From the NCBI GenBank assembly GCA_002422165.1, contig DITQ01000006.1, positions 25,384 to 89,383 on the forward strand: a DNA stretch of 64,000 nt. The letters are read 5' to 3'. Origin of the DNA: Candidatus Pacebacteria bacterium UBA6180. GTDB lineage: Bacteria; Patescibacteriota; Microgenomatia; UBA1400; PJMF01. A model generated the notes under the pieces. That model had not been told where the DNA came from. It saw only the letters and a list, made by a program, of their open reading frames with translations, and did no database searches. The translations under genes were made by a program, and so were the position numbers. Of the stretch, positions 1 through 10,368 are shown one piece after another. Positions within the stretch are counted from its first letter, which is position 1. Every line of letters begins with the position of its first letter.

Positions 1-392
1 TAGTTCAGTACCAAGAAGCCTGGTCTGTTTTTTTGCACAGCCCAATTTTTGGGATTGGCGACGGGATGTTTATTCCTACCTCTTTCCAGCTTTTTCCAAA
101 GGGCGTGATGACTTATTTCCCAGAAAACGTGCACAACGGCTTTTTCCTGCTGCTTGTGGAGCGCGGAACAGTTGGTCTAATCTTTAGTTTGAGTTTCATT
201 TATTTGCTACTTAGGACAGCCGCTAAAAGTCAATTATCAAGAGCTAATCAAACAATGATATACTCTGGATTAGCCGCTTCTCTCTGCATGATGATTTTTC
301 ATCCGGAGAGAAATTTTATGAGTTTGCTTGTGATCATCAGCATAGTCTTGCTTCATTATGAAAAATACCATTCAGTCAAAAATAATATCTAG
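1..392 (+). CDS. C-terminal fragment of an O-antigen ligase / Wzy_C-domain membrane protein; frame is open to the window start
   Basis: Frame 3 is open from position 3. Motif NVHNGFFLLLVERG followed by a hydrophobic helix resembles the conserved loop of O-antigen ligase/polymerase (Wzy_C) proteins. The listed ORF starts at a TTG, so the true start is upstream of the window. Confidence 0.4.
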   Translation, partial: VQYQEAWSVFLHSPIFGIGDGMFIPTSFQLFPKGVMTYFPENVHNGFFLLLVERGTVGLIFSLSFIYLLLRTAAKSQLSRANQTMIYSGLAASLCMMIFHPERNFMSLLVIISIVLLHYEKYHSVKNNI

Positions 393-1227
393 AATTAAGA
401 AACTCTCCTCTCTTGATATTTTGGGTGTGTTTGCCATTTTTTTCGTGACTGTCAGCGTCTATTTTTTCCTAGGACGACGAACGGAATATCTAGATATTAC
501 TATTCGTTTGTTCAATCATGACGCGCCCGAATACGTATTGGACAGTAATCAGCCAAAACACTGGTACATAGAGCATATCGTGCCTGGCAAAGTTCAAAAA
601 AGTGGCCTGGGCGAAAAGTTGGTAGAGATCATTGATGTTTACAGCTATCCTAACGGTTATGTTTACAACGATGTCTACGTGACCTTGCGACTCAAAACTG
701 CTCAAAACAAAATCACCAAACAGTACATCTATGAAGGTAGTCCGTTATTGATTCACGACGTGCGCTCTTTTCGCATTGCTGATGTTATCCTGCATGGAGA
801 GATTATCGACATCGATCGTGAGAAGGTGGAACTGCAGAAACTAAAGGTAATTTTTGAATTAATTCCTAAAAACTCTAATTTTTCTAACAACAGTCAAGCG
901 ATTTTCAAAGGCATTGAAAACAATTTAGCTGACTTGATTGAAAAAGACCTGACAATCAATGACAGCAAAGGAACAACACTTGTCAAAGTGGTTAAAGTTG
1001 ATAAAAAAATGGGTGAAGTTATTTTAGCCAATCAAAACGGTTTACAAAAAATTCCAAATCCAGATATGACTCAAGTTTTCCTTGAAACAGAAATAGCTGC
1101 AGAAAAAATCAACAATTTTTATTTTTATCGCAAAGAAGAATCTTTAATTGTCGATCAAAGCATTTACTTAACTTTTGACATGTTCACGGTGGTTGGTAAA
1201 ATCATTAAAATTGAAGAACAATTCTGA
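358..1227 (+). CDS. hypothetical membrane-anchored protein (N-terminal TM helix), glycan-locus associated
   Basis: 289-aa ORF with a hydrophobic segment ILGVFAIFFVTVSVYFFL near the N-terminus. No catalytic motif recognised. Confidence 0.35.
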   Translation: MKNTIQSKIISRIKKLSSLDILGVFAIFFVTVSVYFFLGRRTEYLDITIRLFNHDAPEYVLDSNQPKHWYIEHIVPGKVQKSGLGEKLVEIIDVYSYPNGYVYNDVYVTLRLKTAQNKITKQYIYEGSPLLIHDVRSFRIADVILHGEIIDIDREKVELQKLKVIFELIPKNSNFSNNSQAIFKGIENNLADLIEKDLTINDSKGTTLVKVVKVDKKMGEVILANQNGLQKIPNPDMTQVFLETEIAAEKINNFYFYRKEESLIVDQSIYLTFDMFTVVGKIIKIEEQF

Positions 1228-1237
1228 TAAAACAGAG

Positions 1238-2098
1238 ATGAAAATTCCCAAGATCTCCATCGTCACTCCCTCTTATAATCAGGGCAAATTCATTGAACAA
1301 ACCATCCAATCGGTTCTATCGCAAAATTACACTAATCTTGAATGCGTAATTATCGACGGCGGTTCTAGTGATCAGAGTCTCAAAATCATTGGTAAATATC
1401 AAAAAAAACTCAAACACTTTGAAAGCAAAAAGGACCGCGGCCAGTCGCACGCTATCAACAAGGGTTTTGCCAAAACAAATGGTGAAATCATGGCTTGGAT
1501 TAACAGTGATGACATACTTAAACCAGGAACTTTGCGACTTGTCGCTAGCATTTTCGCCAATTTTCCAGAAATCGAGTGGATTAGCAGCCTGCCATCCACT
1601 ATTACTGCTGATGGACAACAAGTTTATCTGGCCCAACCACCACTCTACTCGCGATCTATGATTCGCCGTGGCCTCTACACTCGCAAAATGCTTGGTTTTA
1701 TCATGCAAGAAGGCACTTTTTGGCGACGATCGCTATGGGAAAAAGCAGGCGGTAAGCTAGAAGAAGTACCCTACACTATGGACATGAAACTCTGGCAAAA
1801 GTTTGCTAAACATACATCGCTTTACTTAGTCGAGTCATGTCTGGCTAGTTACCGCCTCAACCCAGAACGTAAAAATAATGACAGTCACCAAAACTACTAT
1901 CTTGAGATGGGCGATACTTGGCCGCCGATAATTTCTCATCTGCTTAAGTTTACTTGGAGACAAGTTGCTAAACTCGCGCATCACCTGCGCCTAGTCCCCA
2001 AAATTTATTTCGATCAAAACACTTTGAAGTGGAAATTTCGCCGCAACTTATTTGAGGTAGAATCGTTCGAGCTGCTTGGCGACACTCAACCAGGATAA
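1238..2098 (+). CDS. glycosyltransferase family 2
   Basis: N-terminus KISIVTPSYNQGKFIEQTIQSVLSQNYTNLECVIIDGGSSD plus the DxD region WINSDD is the typical GT2 (GT-A) signature. Start placed at the ATG at 1238 (MKIPKISIV) rather than the ORF-track start. Confidence 0.8.
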   Translation: MKIPKISIVTPSYNQGKFIEQTIQSVLSQNYTNLECVIIDGGSSDQSLKIIGKYQKKLKHFESKKDRGQSHAINKGFAKTNGEIMAWINSDDILKPGTLRLVASIFANFPEIEWISSLPSTITADGQQVYLAQPPLYSRSMIRRGLYTRKMLGFIMQEGTFWRRSLWEKAGGKLEEVPYTMDMKLWQKFAKHTSLYLVESCLASYRLNPERKNNDSHQNYYLEMGDTWPPIISHLLKFTWRQVAKLAHHLRLVPKIYFDQNTLKWKFRRNLFEVESFELLGDTQPG

Positions 2099-3214
2099 TT
2101 TTTCCGCTAGTTGGCGAGCGTTTTTGCCCAACTCATCAATTTTCTTTTGATCATTAAGCAGTTCAGAAATACCAGCAGCAAATTCTTCTGGATTCTCAGA
2201 AAATAATTGACCAACTTTTTCTTTTTTTAGAATTTTGGCCACTTCGCCAGTTGGGTTAGAAACAATTGGTCGACCAGCTGCCAAATAGTCTCCTAGCTTG
2301 TTAGGAAATTTGCCCAAGTTAATCTCCTTGTTGGCGAAGGGTAAAAACATTAGGTCACAAGCGGCTAAATATTGACTTAAAGCTTCTCTCTTCACTACGC
2401 CAAAGCGCAAAACTGCCTGACTAGCCAATTTATTTTGGCGAATTATTTCTTCAAAAACAGGCAAAGTCGGCCCAAGCAGCATTAGATTTACATCTGCCCT
2501 AAGTTTACGAAGCTCCATAAATGTCTTGGCCAGCAATTCCTCATCGTAAGTGCCCACATATAGGTAAGCCAAAATTTTGCTTTTGATCGGCAAGTTTAAC
2601 TTTTTTCTGGCCTGCGTTAGAGAGTCAGGCTTGATGTCGTCAATGTTGGCGCCAACTCCCAGAAACAAAGTCTGCTTGCTTTTACCCCTAATTATTTTGG
2701 CTTTGCGGAGCAAGTCGTCGCTGATAGGTGTCACCACATCAGGCAATTTGATAAATAATTTTTCCATGTAATGGTCGAGGTTTTTGGTCAAAAAACTAAA
2801 ATAGCCGTAACGCCGATCGGCAATGCCGCCCTTGCCCCACAGATCAGCCCAGTCAAGAAACCACTTGGTATATGGAAAACATATTTTTCGAACCATAGCG
2901 GGAATGGTAGCGCTTGGACGATGGTTGAAACTGTGAATTACTTGGCATTTGGAGAAAAGAATTACCAGGCAGCGAAAAAAAATGTCAAAAGGATCATAAC
3001 CACCTTTGCGAAAACGGTAAGGCAAAAGCCCAATTGATTCCACCACCACCACGCCATTTTCAACCGAAAAACGCGGCCAAATTGACAGTTTTCTGGCGCT
3101 CGTCCACAAGGTGACGCGGTGACCTAGCTTGACCAAACCTTCAGCCAGAGAAAGCGAGCGCAAATAGCTGCCGCCAATTTCCTTGGCTTCGTAAGTGGAA
3201 AAAATTATGTTCAT
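2048..3214 (-). CDS. glycosyltransferase family 4 (GT-B, group 1)
   Basis: C-terminal EX7E-like region ending FPNKLGDYLAAGRPIVSNPTGEV, typical of GT4 retaining transferases. 388 aa. Confidence 0.75.
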   Translation of the reverse strand: MNIIFSTYEAKEIGGSYLRSLSLAEGLVKLGHRVTLWTSARKLSIWPRFSVENGVVVVESIGLLPYRFRKGGYDPFDIFFRCLVILFSKCQVIHSFNHRPSATIPAMVRKICFPYTKWFLDWADLWGKGGIADRRYGYFSFLTKNLDHYMEKLFIKLPDVVTPISDDLLRKAKIIRGKSKQTLFLGVGANIDDIKPDSLTQARKKLNLPIKSKILAYLYVGTYDEELLAKTFMELRKLRADVNLMLLGPTLPVFEEIIRQNKLASQAVLRFGVVKREALSQYLAACDLMFLPFANKEINLGKFPNKLGDYLAAGRPIVSNPTGEVAKILKKEKVGQLFSENPEEFAAGISELLNDQKKIDELGKNARQLAEKLSWLSVAKQLERFYLK

Positions 3215-3966
3215 AGTTTAATTTTTTTTATGAAAGTCAATAGTTTAGTCCCTAGCATTTTAACCAAATATTTTGGAATAATGATTAGGTAGCGCCGCCA
3301 CAGGCGGCGCGGCTCCACAAGTAAACGCCACAACCATTCTAAGCCAATTCTCTGCATCAAAATTGGAGCTTGCTTTACTTTTCCAGTCATAAAAGAAAAT
3401 GCTGCTCCTACACAAAAAATTTTAGTTTCTGTCGAATTTTCTTTGAGCCAGGCAGCTAGCTCTAGTTGCTTGGGAGAACCAATGCCAAGCCAAATAAACT
3501 TTGACTTAGCTTGGATCACGGCCCGCAAACATTTTTTCTCTAGAACCGCAATTTTAGGCAAACAAAAATATTTTGCGTGCAATTTTGGATATTTATGAGC
3601 TACAACTCTTTGCATTTTTTCAAAAGTTTCTTGGTCTGCGCAAACAAAACAGTGGGACTGTTTACTTTTAGTTTTGTTAAAAATACTTAAAACAGACAAC
3701 ATTAAATCTGGACCATAAACACGATCGAAGCTTTTCAAATATCTAAGGTTAAAGAAACGGGTTAACCACATGCTATCGCTGGTACAAAAGTCAACAGAAT
3801 CATAAAAATCATTGTTCTGTAACAATGCCAAATCATTTAAAGAACAAGGTAAAATAATTTGCGAAGATTTGTTTTTTTCAATTGGTTTGCAAAAAAAATC
3901 AACCAACTCGCTTTTTTTACCTAAAATAAACAGTTTTTTTTCTAGATTTACTTGCATATTTCTCAT
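3211..3966 (-). CDS. WecB/TagA/CpsF family glycosyltransferase (GT26)
   Basis: Motifs FIWLGIGSPKQLELAAWL and GAAFSFMTGKVKQAPILMQRIGLEWLWRLLVEPRRLWRRY match the GT26 (TagA/WecG) C-terminal signature. Confidence 0.75.
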   Translation of the reverse strand: MRNMQVNLEKKLFILGKKSELVDFFCKPIEKNKSSQIILPCSLNDLALLQNNDFYDSVDFCTSDSMWLTRFFNLRYLKSFDRVYGPDLMLSVLSIFNKTKSKQSHCFVCADQETFEKMQRVVAHKYPKLHAKYFCLPKIAVLEKKCLRAVIQAKSKFIWLGIGSPKQLELAAWLKENSTETKIFCVGAAFSFMTGKVKQAPILMQRIGLEWLWRLLVEPRRLWRRYLIIIPKYLVKMLGTKLLTFIKKIKL

Positions 3967-3999
3967 GCTATTATGTCATTAATTCTAGAAATTAATTTG

Positions 4000-6597
4000 A
4001 TGAAAAAACTTATAGCCTCAATCATTCTAGCAACCGTCCTTATCCTTATTGTAGTAAGTGCAACTGTCTGGAAAAACAATGCCACGAATCAAAAAAACTG
4101 GCAATTTTTAATCAAAGATCAAATTGGAGCACAGTCAATTCTTAACGTCGGGCGCAACTTAACTTTCGATAAAAATTCAATTTTTTTTAGCGATGGTAAA
4201 GGTCTGATTCATTCGCTAAATAAACACAGTGGACAAATAAATTGGTTGCGACAAATAGAAGACCACTCTCCATTTTCAATAACTCAAGATGACAATTTTA
4301 TTTATGTTTCCAGTTTTGACAGTTCAATATATAAAATTGACAAAGAAAATGGTTATATAAAATGGAAGTTCAATATTCCAGATTTTTTTTGGCCAGATAC
4401 CGAAGTCATTTTTGATGAGAACGATGAAAGTATCTTTTTCGCTGATAGGGGTGGCAATCTTTACGCCATAAACAAAGAGAGTGGGAAAGAAGCGTGGAAA
4501 AAAGAATTCGAAAAAATAGACAATACAAAAGTTTTTGTAGAAGACTCCATTCATTTTGGGTTCTTGAGCCAAAACGAAGACCATTTAATAGCAGATCACT
4601 TTCCAAGTAAAACAATTTATACCATAAATAAAAAAACTGGCGACATAAATTCTCAAAAACAATCTGATTTAAAAATAAATTTCGAGCCAAAGAAAAATTT
4701 TCTCATATTTGACAATTACGAGTTAAAAATAAAAAATAACGTCATCAGTCAACCACTGCTAGAATTAATTGATAAAAACCAAAATTTAGTTTGGAGTTAT
4801 CAAACAGAACACAGGGTAAATACAGGTGAAATATATCAAGACGAAAATAGAATTTATTATCTGAGTGCACACAACACCATCTTGGAATCAGTTAATATTA
4901 GTCGCAAAAATCCAAACGCAAAAGCATTTTCAAAAATAAATTTCAAATTAAATGAAAATTTTGCCGCTCACTACCCGTATCAAAACTCTAACCCTCAAGT
5001 AGATGCTGCTTTTAAACCAAAAAGCTGGATGTTGAAAGTTGGAGAGAAAATTAATTATTTTAAATTTGTATCTAAAAACTTTTTCAGTCTTTTTTCATTC
5101 GCATATAGCTTCGAAGAAAAAAATGACTTTTTAGAAATAGCCATTCACCATCAAGATAATTTTTATAAAAATAAGTTTACAGAAGTTAAAGTAGCAGCCG
5201 AGTTTGAGAATAAAGAAAATGGAAAAAAAATTAAAGTAAATGGATTTTATGAAGACAAAAATACCTGGAAAATCAGAGCTAAATTAGGAAAAGGGACCTG
5301 GAAATATCAGGTAAAAATTCAAACCCCCTTTTGGAAAAAAAAGGTTAAAGGATTTGTAACTCCAAACAAAACCGAACAGACAAGTATTCAAATCAAAGAA
5401 AATGGATTCGCTCTTGGAGATTCATTATTTTTTCCAATTGGAATACAAGATGTTATTAAAGACTCAAATAAAGATGGAAGTCCTTTTAACGACATGGGCT
5501 ATGCAAAACAAACCACTCCATCAAGCAAAGCGGAAGAATACGAATATACCGATCTTGACAAATATTTAGAGATATACAGAAATGAGGCGAACATGAATAT
5601 TTTTCGATATGGACCAGACAACTGGGCTCCGTACATCTGGAGAGATTTGTCAAACCATAAAAACTTCGCCATGGAAACAAAGGGAAGCTTAAAAGGAGAT
5701 TTTATTTTAGAATCTGCTAGAGAGAAAAATTACAAAATAATGATGAGTATTTTTGCTTTTTATCCCCCGTACACCTCCAAAGAAGCTATTTCTAAAAAAG
5801 AAAATCAAAAAGTTTTAACTCAATACTTAGATTATGTAATCGCTCGCTACAGCGCCCAGGTTGACATTTGGGAGCTCACAAACGAAGCTTTACCTAGCTT
5901 GGAATGGCAAAATTTTATCAGCAACTATCTATTTAAAAATGACCCATACCAACATCCAATAACCACCAATTTAGAAGAAACTAGACTTGAAAACTCGGAT
6001 CTCCTCTCAATTCACCATTATCCAAAAACTCCAGAAAACAACCGGGAATTAGTTGAGCAAATTGAGAAAATAAATTTAGAACATAATTGGTCTAAAGCAA
6101 AAATTATCAGTGAGTTTGGTTTTGCCAATGAAAACTATTTTGCTGGCTCAGCAGACCTGCTAAGAAAAACAGCTTGGATTTTGACAATGCAAAAAATTGG
6201 TCTAGTAACTTGGAACACCGGCCATGGCTATTTCGAAAGCGAAACAAATGGAAACATCTATGTTGGGCCAGAAGAGCGAACATACTTAAAAAACCTAACC
6301 GATTTTCTTCCAAAGTTATCAGCAACAGCAGTAAGTGAACAAAAAATTGATGAGGAAAACAATGTAATGATGTATGGGTTGAAAGATGACTCTTATGAAA
6401 TTTTTTATCTAATCAAACTAGATGTTCTAAATGAACCAAAAGAGTTCCTGCTGAATGCAAAATTTGATGGAAAAATTCAATTTGTAGATCCAAGAAGTGG
6501 AAAAGTTTTAGAAGACGATCTAATTTATAAAGATCAAAAAGCAATTTCTTTGCCTACTTTCGCAGATGATATTGCCATAAAAGTTGTTTTTAATTAA
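4000..6597 (+). CDS. large exported/membrane-anchored protein: N-terminal TM, PQQ-like beta-propeller repeats, C-terminal glycoside-hydrolase-like (GH5-type TIM barrel) domain
   Basis: N-terminal helix KLIASIILATVLILIVVSATVW. Repeats of the type GNLYAINKESGKEAWKK and IYKIDKENGYIKWKF (BamB/PQQ-like). The C-terminal half has WELTNEA (NEP-like acid/base motif) and ISEFGFA (candidate nucleophile Glu). Start moved to the ATG at 4000. Confidence 0.45.
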   Translation: MKKLIASIILATVLILIVVSATVWKNNATNQKNWQFLIKDQIGAQSILNVGRNLTFDKNSIFFSDGKGLIHSLNKHSGQINWLRQIEDHSPFSITQDDNFIYVSSFDSSIYKIDKENGYIKWKFNIPDFFWPDTEVIFDENDESIFFADRGGNLYAINKESGKEAWKKEFEKIDNTKVFVEDSIHFGFLSQNEDHLIADHFPSKTIYTINKKTGDINSQKQSDLKINFEPKKNFLIFDNYELKIKNNVISQPLLELIDKNQNLVWSYQTEHRVNTGEIYQDENRIYYLSAHNTILESVNISRKNPNAKAFSKINFKLNENFAAHYPYQNSNPQVDAAFKPKSWMLKVGEKINYFKFVSKNFFSLFSFAYSFEEKNDFLEIAIHHQDNFYKNKFTEVKVAAEFENKENGKKIKVNGFYEDKNTWKIRAKLGKGTWKYQVKIQTPFWKKKVKGFVTPNKTEQTSIQIKENGFALGDSLFFPIGIQDVIKDSNKDGSPFNDMGYAKQTTPSSKAEEYEYTDLDKYLEIYRNEANMNIFRYGPDNWAPYIWRDLSNHKNFAMETKGSLKGDFILESAREKNYKIMMSIFAFYPPYTSKEAISKKENQKVLTQYLDYVIARYSAQVDIWELTNEALPSLEWQNFISNYLFKNDPYQHPITTNLEETRLENSDLLSIHHYPKTPENNRELVEQIEKINLEHNWSKAKIISEFGFANENYFAGSADLLRKTAWILTMQKIGLVTWNTGHGYFESETNGNIYVGPEERTYLKNLTDFLPKLSATAVSEQKIDEENNVMMYGLKDDSYEIFYLIKLDVLNEPKEFLLNAKFDGKIQFVDPRSGKVLEDDLIYKDQKAISLPTFADDIAIKVVFN

Positions 6598-6602
6598 AAC
6601 CT

Positions 6603-7292
6603 ATGTTTGGCATCAAAACTGCTATTCTTAACCACCTGCGCTATAAAAAGCCTAATAAAATCAGTAACGACTGGCAAATTTGGCAGCTCATGAAACACTT
6701 CCAAGCTGACGAACTCGGTCATCAAGCCAGCACCGAACAAGCTGACTTGGGTTATGGCTGGCTTCATTATGGTTTGATTCGCCAACAAAAACCCCAAAAA
6801 CTACTCTGCATTGGCTCACGCTACGGTTTCATTCCAGCAGTGATGGCGCAAGCTTGCAAAGATGGCGGTAAAGGGCAGGTTGACTTTGTCGACGCTGGCT
6901 ATGGCGATGGAGATGAAAATCACTGGACTGGAAAAGCCTATTGGAAAACTAAGCGAGGTCAAAATTGTTTTAAAAAGTTTGGCCTAGGTCAACATATCCA
7001 AATTTTTGTTAATACTACCGCTGCATTTGCTAAAAAACATAAAAGTAACAAGTATGATTATATTTATGTTGATGGAAACCATTCTTATGAAGGAGTCAAG
7101 TTTGACTTCAAAACTTTCTGGCCTAAACTAAAAAAAGGTGGGCTGCTGCTTTTCCACGATGTTTCAGTCAAAGGCAAGTTGCCAGAAGGTGAGTATGGGG
7201 TGCACCAATTGTTTAATGAAGTTAGTCAAAAAATGCCTCACTTAATAATTAACCACACACATTCAGGGCTTGGCATTCTGCAGAAAAAATAA
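6603..7292 (+). CDS. class I SAM-dependent methyltransferase (TylF/MycF or CmcI-like O-methyltransferase fold)
   Basis: LLCIGSRYGFIPAVMAQAC (glycine-rich SAM loop) and YDYIYVDGNHSYEGVKFDFKTFWPKLKKGGLLLFHDV, typical of Methyltransf_24/TylF-like enzymes in sugar-modification clusters. Confidence 0.55.
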   Translation: MFGIKTAILNHLRYKKPNKISNDWQIWQLMKHFQADELGHQASTEQADLGYGWLHYGLIRQQKPQKLLCIGSRYGFIPAVMAQACKDGGKGQVDFVDAGYGDGDENHWTGKAYWKTKRGQNCFKKFGLGQHIQIFVNTTAAFAKKHKSNKYDYIYVDGNHSYEGVKFDFKTFWPKLKKGGLLLFHDVSVKGKLPEGEYGVHQLFNEVSQKMPHLIINHTHSGLGILQKK

Positions 7293-8540
7293 ATGCTTGG
7301 AATTAAAACAAAAATTATTGGCAAACTGCAAAAAACTCTGGCCATTCAGGAGTGGTCTGTAAAAAAAATAAACTATTGGCAAAAAATACTACTGTTAGAA
7401 ACAGTTAAATGGCAACTCAAAAACGAAGCCAAGCAAATTGGTCTTCAAAACCCAATCGCATCCAAAACAAACTCTATTGTAAAAATAGTACGACAAAAAA
7501 CTGCAGCGTACATGCCCAATAATCTGGGGAACTGGTCAATTAAACAGCCATATTCTCTAACTACTAAAGTAGAATCCAAACTTATTAACTATTTCATTCA
7601 AAAATTCCAAGCAAATACAAAACAAATAGCGGGTCATTTTGGATCTGGTTCCACAGAAGGGAATATTTACGCCACCTGGATTGGGCGCAAATATTTACAA
7701 AAAAAACTTAAAACAAATGACTGCTCGCATATAGTCCTGCTCAAAAATAACTTGTCTCATTACTCTCTGGCAAAAGCAGCTGACGTAGTAGGCGTTGACG
7801 TCGCTGAAACAAACATCAGTATTCCTGAATTGAAAACTGATACAAATTTGTTAATGAAGCAATTGACAATCCTCTATCAGCAGGGAAAAAGAGGGTTTTT
7901 GATTCCACTAACCTTGGGTTACACCACAAGCGGCACAGACGACGATTTTATGCTCATATCTAAATTGATGAAAAAGTTCGAGCAAGAAATGAAAGGTGCT
8001 TTTACTTTTATATGGCTAGACGCTGCTTTTTCTGGGATTAGCAAAATATATACCGAGAAAAATTTCGAGCCTTTCAAGCAAAAAAATATTCAGCTCATTA
8101 CAAGCGATTTTCATAAATTGTTGGCTGTGCCTTATCCTGCAAGCCTTATTTTGTATCGCAAAGAGCTTCTCCAGCTTATTGCAAAAGATATACCTTATAT
8201 AGATCAAATGGACACTACTCTATTGGGGTCAAGACCTGGAAATAGCGTTTTGGAAACTTTTTTTGGTCTTATGTTAATTGGGGAGAAAAATATAACAGCA
8301 AACATTAAGAAGTCAATAAATTTAAAGAACGATTTTTTGAGTAAATTTAAAACTTCAAATAATTTTCAAGTCATAAACAATCACAACAGTCTTCAGGCTT
8401 GTTTGATATCAAACAACACTAAAATGGCTGAAAAAATAGCAAAAGAAAATAATTTGAACTACATCAATTACAAGCTAAAAATCAAGAACAAATATAAAAC
8501 AATTCACTTATTTAAACTCTATTTTTTACCTAAATTTTAG
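7293..8540 (+). CDS. PLP-dependent decarboxylase-like enzyme (group II, fold-type I)
   Basis: GSGSTEGNIYATWIG (compare SGGTE(A/S)N of group II decarboxylases), SHYSLAKAA, and ITSDFHKLLAVPYPASLILYR (S-x-HK with candidate PLP lysine). 415 aa. Confidence 0.45.
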   Translation: MLGIKTKIIGKLQKTLAIQEWSVKKINYWQKILLLETVKWQLKNEAKQIGLQNPIASKTNSIVKIVRQKTAAYMPNNLGNWSIKQPYSLTTKVESKLINYFIQKFQANTKQIAGHFGSGSTEGNIYATWIGRKYLQKKLKTNDCSHIVLLKNNLSHYSLAKAADVVGVDVAETNISIPELKTDTNLLMKQLTILYQQGKRGFLIPLTLGYTTSGTDDDFMLISKLMKKFEQEMKGAFTFIWLDAAFSGISKIYTEKNFEPFKQKNIQLITSDFHKLLAVPYPASLILYRKELLQLIAKDIPYIDQMDTTLLGSRPGNSVLETFFGLMLIGEKNITANIKKSINLKNDFLSKFKTSNNFQVINNHNSLQACLISNNTKMAEKIAKENNLNYINYKLKIKNKYKTIHLFKLYFLPKF

Positions 8541-8640
8541 AAGTACAATCTGAGACTATGGTTCATCCAAAAACAGATCGTTATAAAACAGCCAATAATC
8601 ACTCCTTTTGCAGGCGAGGATCGTGTTATAATTTCGGATC

Positions 8641-9894
8641 ATGAGCGGAGGAAAAAAAATCAAAAAAGCGGCTGTTTTAGTTGATGTCAAAACAAAACGC
8701 TACCTGGAGGAAAGCCAATCATTCACAACGATCCATAAATTAGCAAAACAACTTCACGGCAAGAGAATAGCACATATCAGTGTGTCAAGTCGCAGAGGCG
8801 GTGTGGCGCAAATTATTAAAAACTTAATTAAATTTCTCAAGGTAGTTGGTGTCAAAGTTGATTGGTACACTCTCCCAGAATCGAGACATTTTTTTAATGT
8901 TTCAAGAAATTTCAGAGATGTTTTGCAAGGAAAAAGAAAAAAAGTTTTTAAAGACGATGTGGATTTCTATCAGAAGTATCAGGAAAAACTAGCTAGCCAA
9001 ATTAAAATAAAAAACTATTCGCTCATTATCTTGCACGATTATCAAACACTATTTATGACCAATAAATTAGGTGAAAACTCCAAGCTTATTTGGCAATTTC
9101 ATCTAGACGCAGACTGGGACAACATTGATCAAACAATAAAGGAAAAAATAAAATTACAACTAAGACACTGCGATCGCTACATTTTTTCGGCAAAGGACTA
9201 CATTCCTAATTTTATAAACAGCGATCACTGCAAAATAATTCCGCCAGCTATTAATCCAGTTGAGAAAAAGAACATCTCACTTAGCCAAAGCGTAATTAAC
9301 AAAAAATTAAAGCGTCTTGGGATTGATCCAAAGAAACCAATTTTAGTGCAGGTAGATCGCTTCAATCCTTACAAAGACCAGTTGGGATTTTTGAAAGCAT
9401 ATCATATTGCCAAAATAAAACATCCTGATCTCCAAATTGTTTTTGTCTCACACAAAACAAATACTGTTGATGTTGAATTTGAAAATATTTATCAAAAACT
9501 TAAAAAGCTGTCACGAGGCGACAGCAATGTTTTCTTTTTTATTTCAAAAGAGAATAACGACGATATGGTGCGGTTATTTCAATCATGTGCCACTGTAGTA
9601 GTACAGAAAGCAACCAAGCAGGGTTTCGGCCTAGCAGTAACAGAAGCCATGTGGAAATCAAAGGCAGTCATTATTGCCCCAACTGTCGGAGCGCTGCTGC
9701 AAGTCAAAAATGGAAAATCTGGATTTGTAGCTAATAATTCTAAAGAATGTGCTGAGTTTATTTGCCAATTAGTAGAAAATCAACAGCTTAGATCAGCTAT
9801 TGAACACACATCCAAAGAAGTAGTGCAAAAAAAGTTTTTATTTCCAAGACTGGTAAAAGACTACTTGCTAATAATGAATGAAGCGCTACATTGA
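8641..9894 (+). CDS. glycosyltransferase family 4 (GT-B)
   Basis: C-terminal GFGLAVTEAMWKSKAVIIAPTVGALLQVKNGKSGFV is an EX7E-type nucleotide-sugar binding region. The N-terminal Rossmann half is HISVSSRRGGVAQIIKNL. Confidence 0.6.
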   Translation: MSGGKKIKKAAVLVDVKTKRYLEESQSFTTIHKLAKQLHGKRIAHISVSSRRGGVAQIIKNLIKFLKVVGVKVDWYTLPESRHFFNVSRNFRDVLQGKRKKVFKDDVDFYQKYQEKLASQIKIKNYSLIILHDYQTLFMTNKLGENSKLIWQFHLDADWDNIDQTIKEKIKLQLRHCDRYIFSAKDYIPNFINSDHCKIIPPAINPVEKKNISLSQSVINKKLKRLGIDPKKPILVQVDRFNPYKDQLGFLKAYHIAKIKHPDLQIVFVSHKTNTVDVEFENIYQKLKKLSRGDSNVFFFISKENNDDMVRLFQSCATVVVQKATKQGFGLAVTEAMWKSKAVIIAPTVGALLQVKNGKSGFVANNSKECAEFICQLVENQQLRSAIEHTSKEVVQKKFLFPRLVKDYLLIMNEALH

Positions 9895-9900
9895 AGAGAC

Positions 9901-10368
9901 ATGAAAATACATTATGTTTGCAATGGCAATGTGTTTCGCAGTAGACTCGCGGAGGCATATTCGCTTTCGCTTAATAATGGACATATTTATTCTTCAAGTG
10001 GTCTACGTGCAGCAACAAACGAGAATGGACCGATTGGATGGTATGCTGCTCGCATAGCGAAAAAGCGAAATTTATCTAGACTGCTCTCTCCTAGTTGGAC
10101 TACAACAACCTTGGATTTAATGAAACAACAAGATATTGTTGTTTTTTTATCAAAAAATGTTTTCAGTGATGCAGCTAATGTTTTCATTTTGGATCAACTT
10201 ACTTATGAGGTGTGGGACATACCAGACCTACCTGATTTTGGTTTTACCGATGATAATATTAGCGAGACGGAAGAAATGCGCAGCATTCTCACGTCGGAAA
10301 AAATATTCAATAAACTTACGAAACAAATTGATAGTTTTGTGTTAAATTTAAATGATGAAAATACTTAG
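9901..10368 (+). CDS. low-molecular-weight phosphatase family protein (LMW-PTP / ArsC-like, Wzb-like)
   Basis: N-terminal P-loop IHYVCNGNVFRSRLAEAY gives the CX5R(S) motif at residues 7-14. Size 155 aa. Confidence 0.6.
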   Translation: MKIHYVCNGNVFRSRLAEAYSLSLNNGHIYSSSGLRAATNENGPIGWYAARIAKKRNLSRLLSPSWTTTTLDLMKQQDIVVFLSKNVFSDAANVFILDQLTYEVWDIPDLPDFGFTDDNISETEEMRSILTSEKIFNKLTKQIDSFVLNLNDENT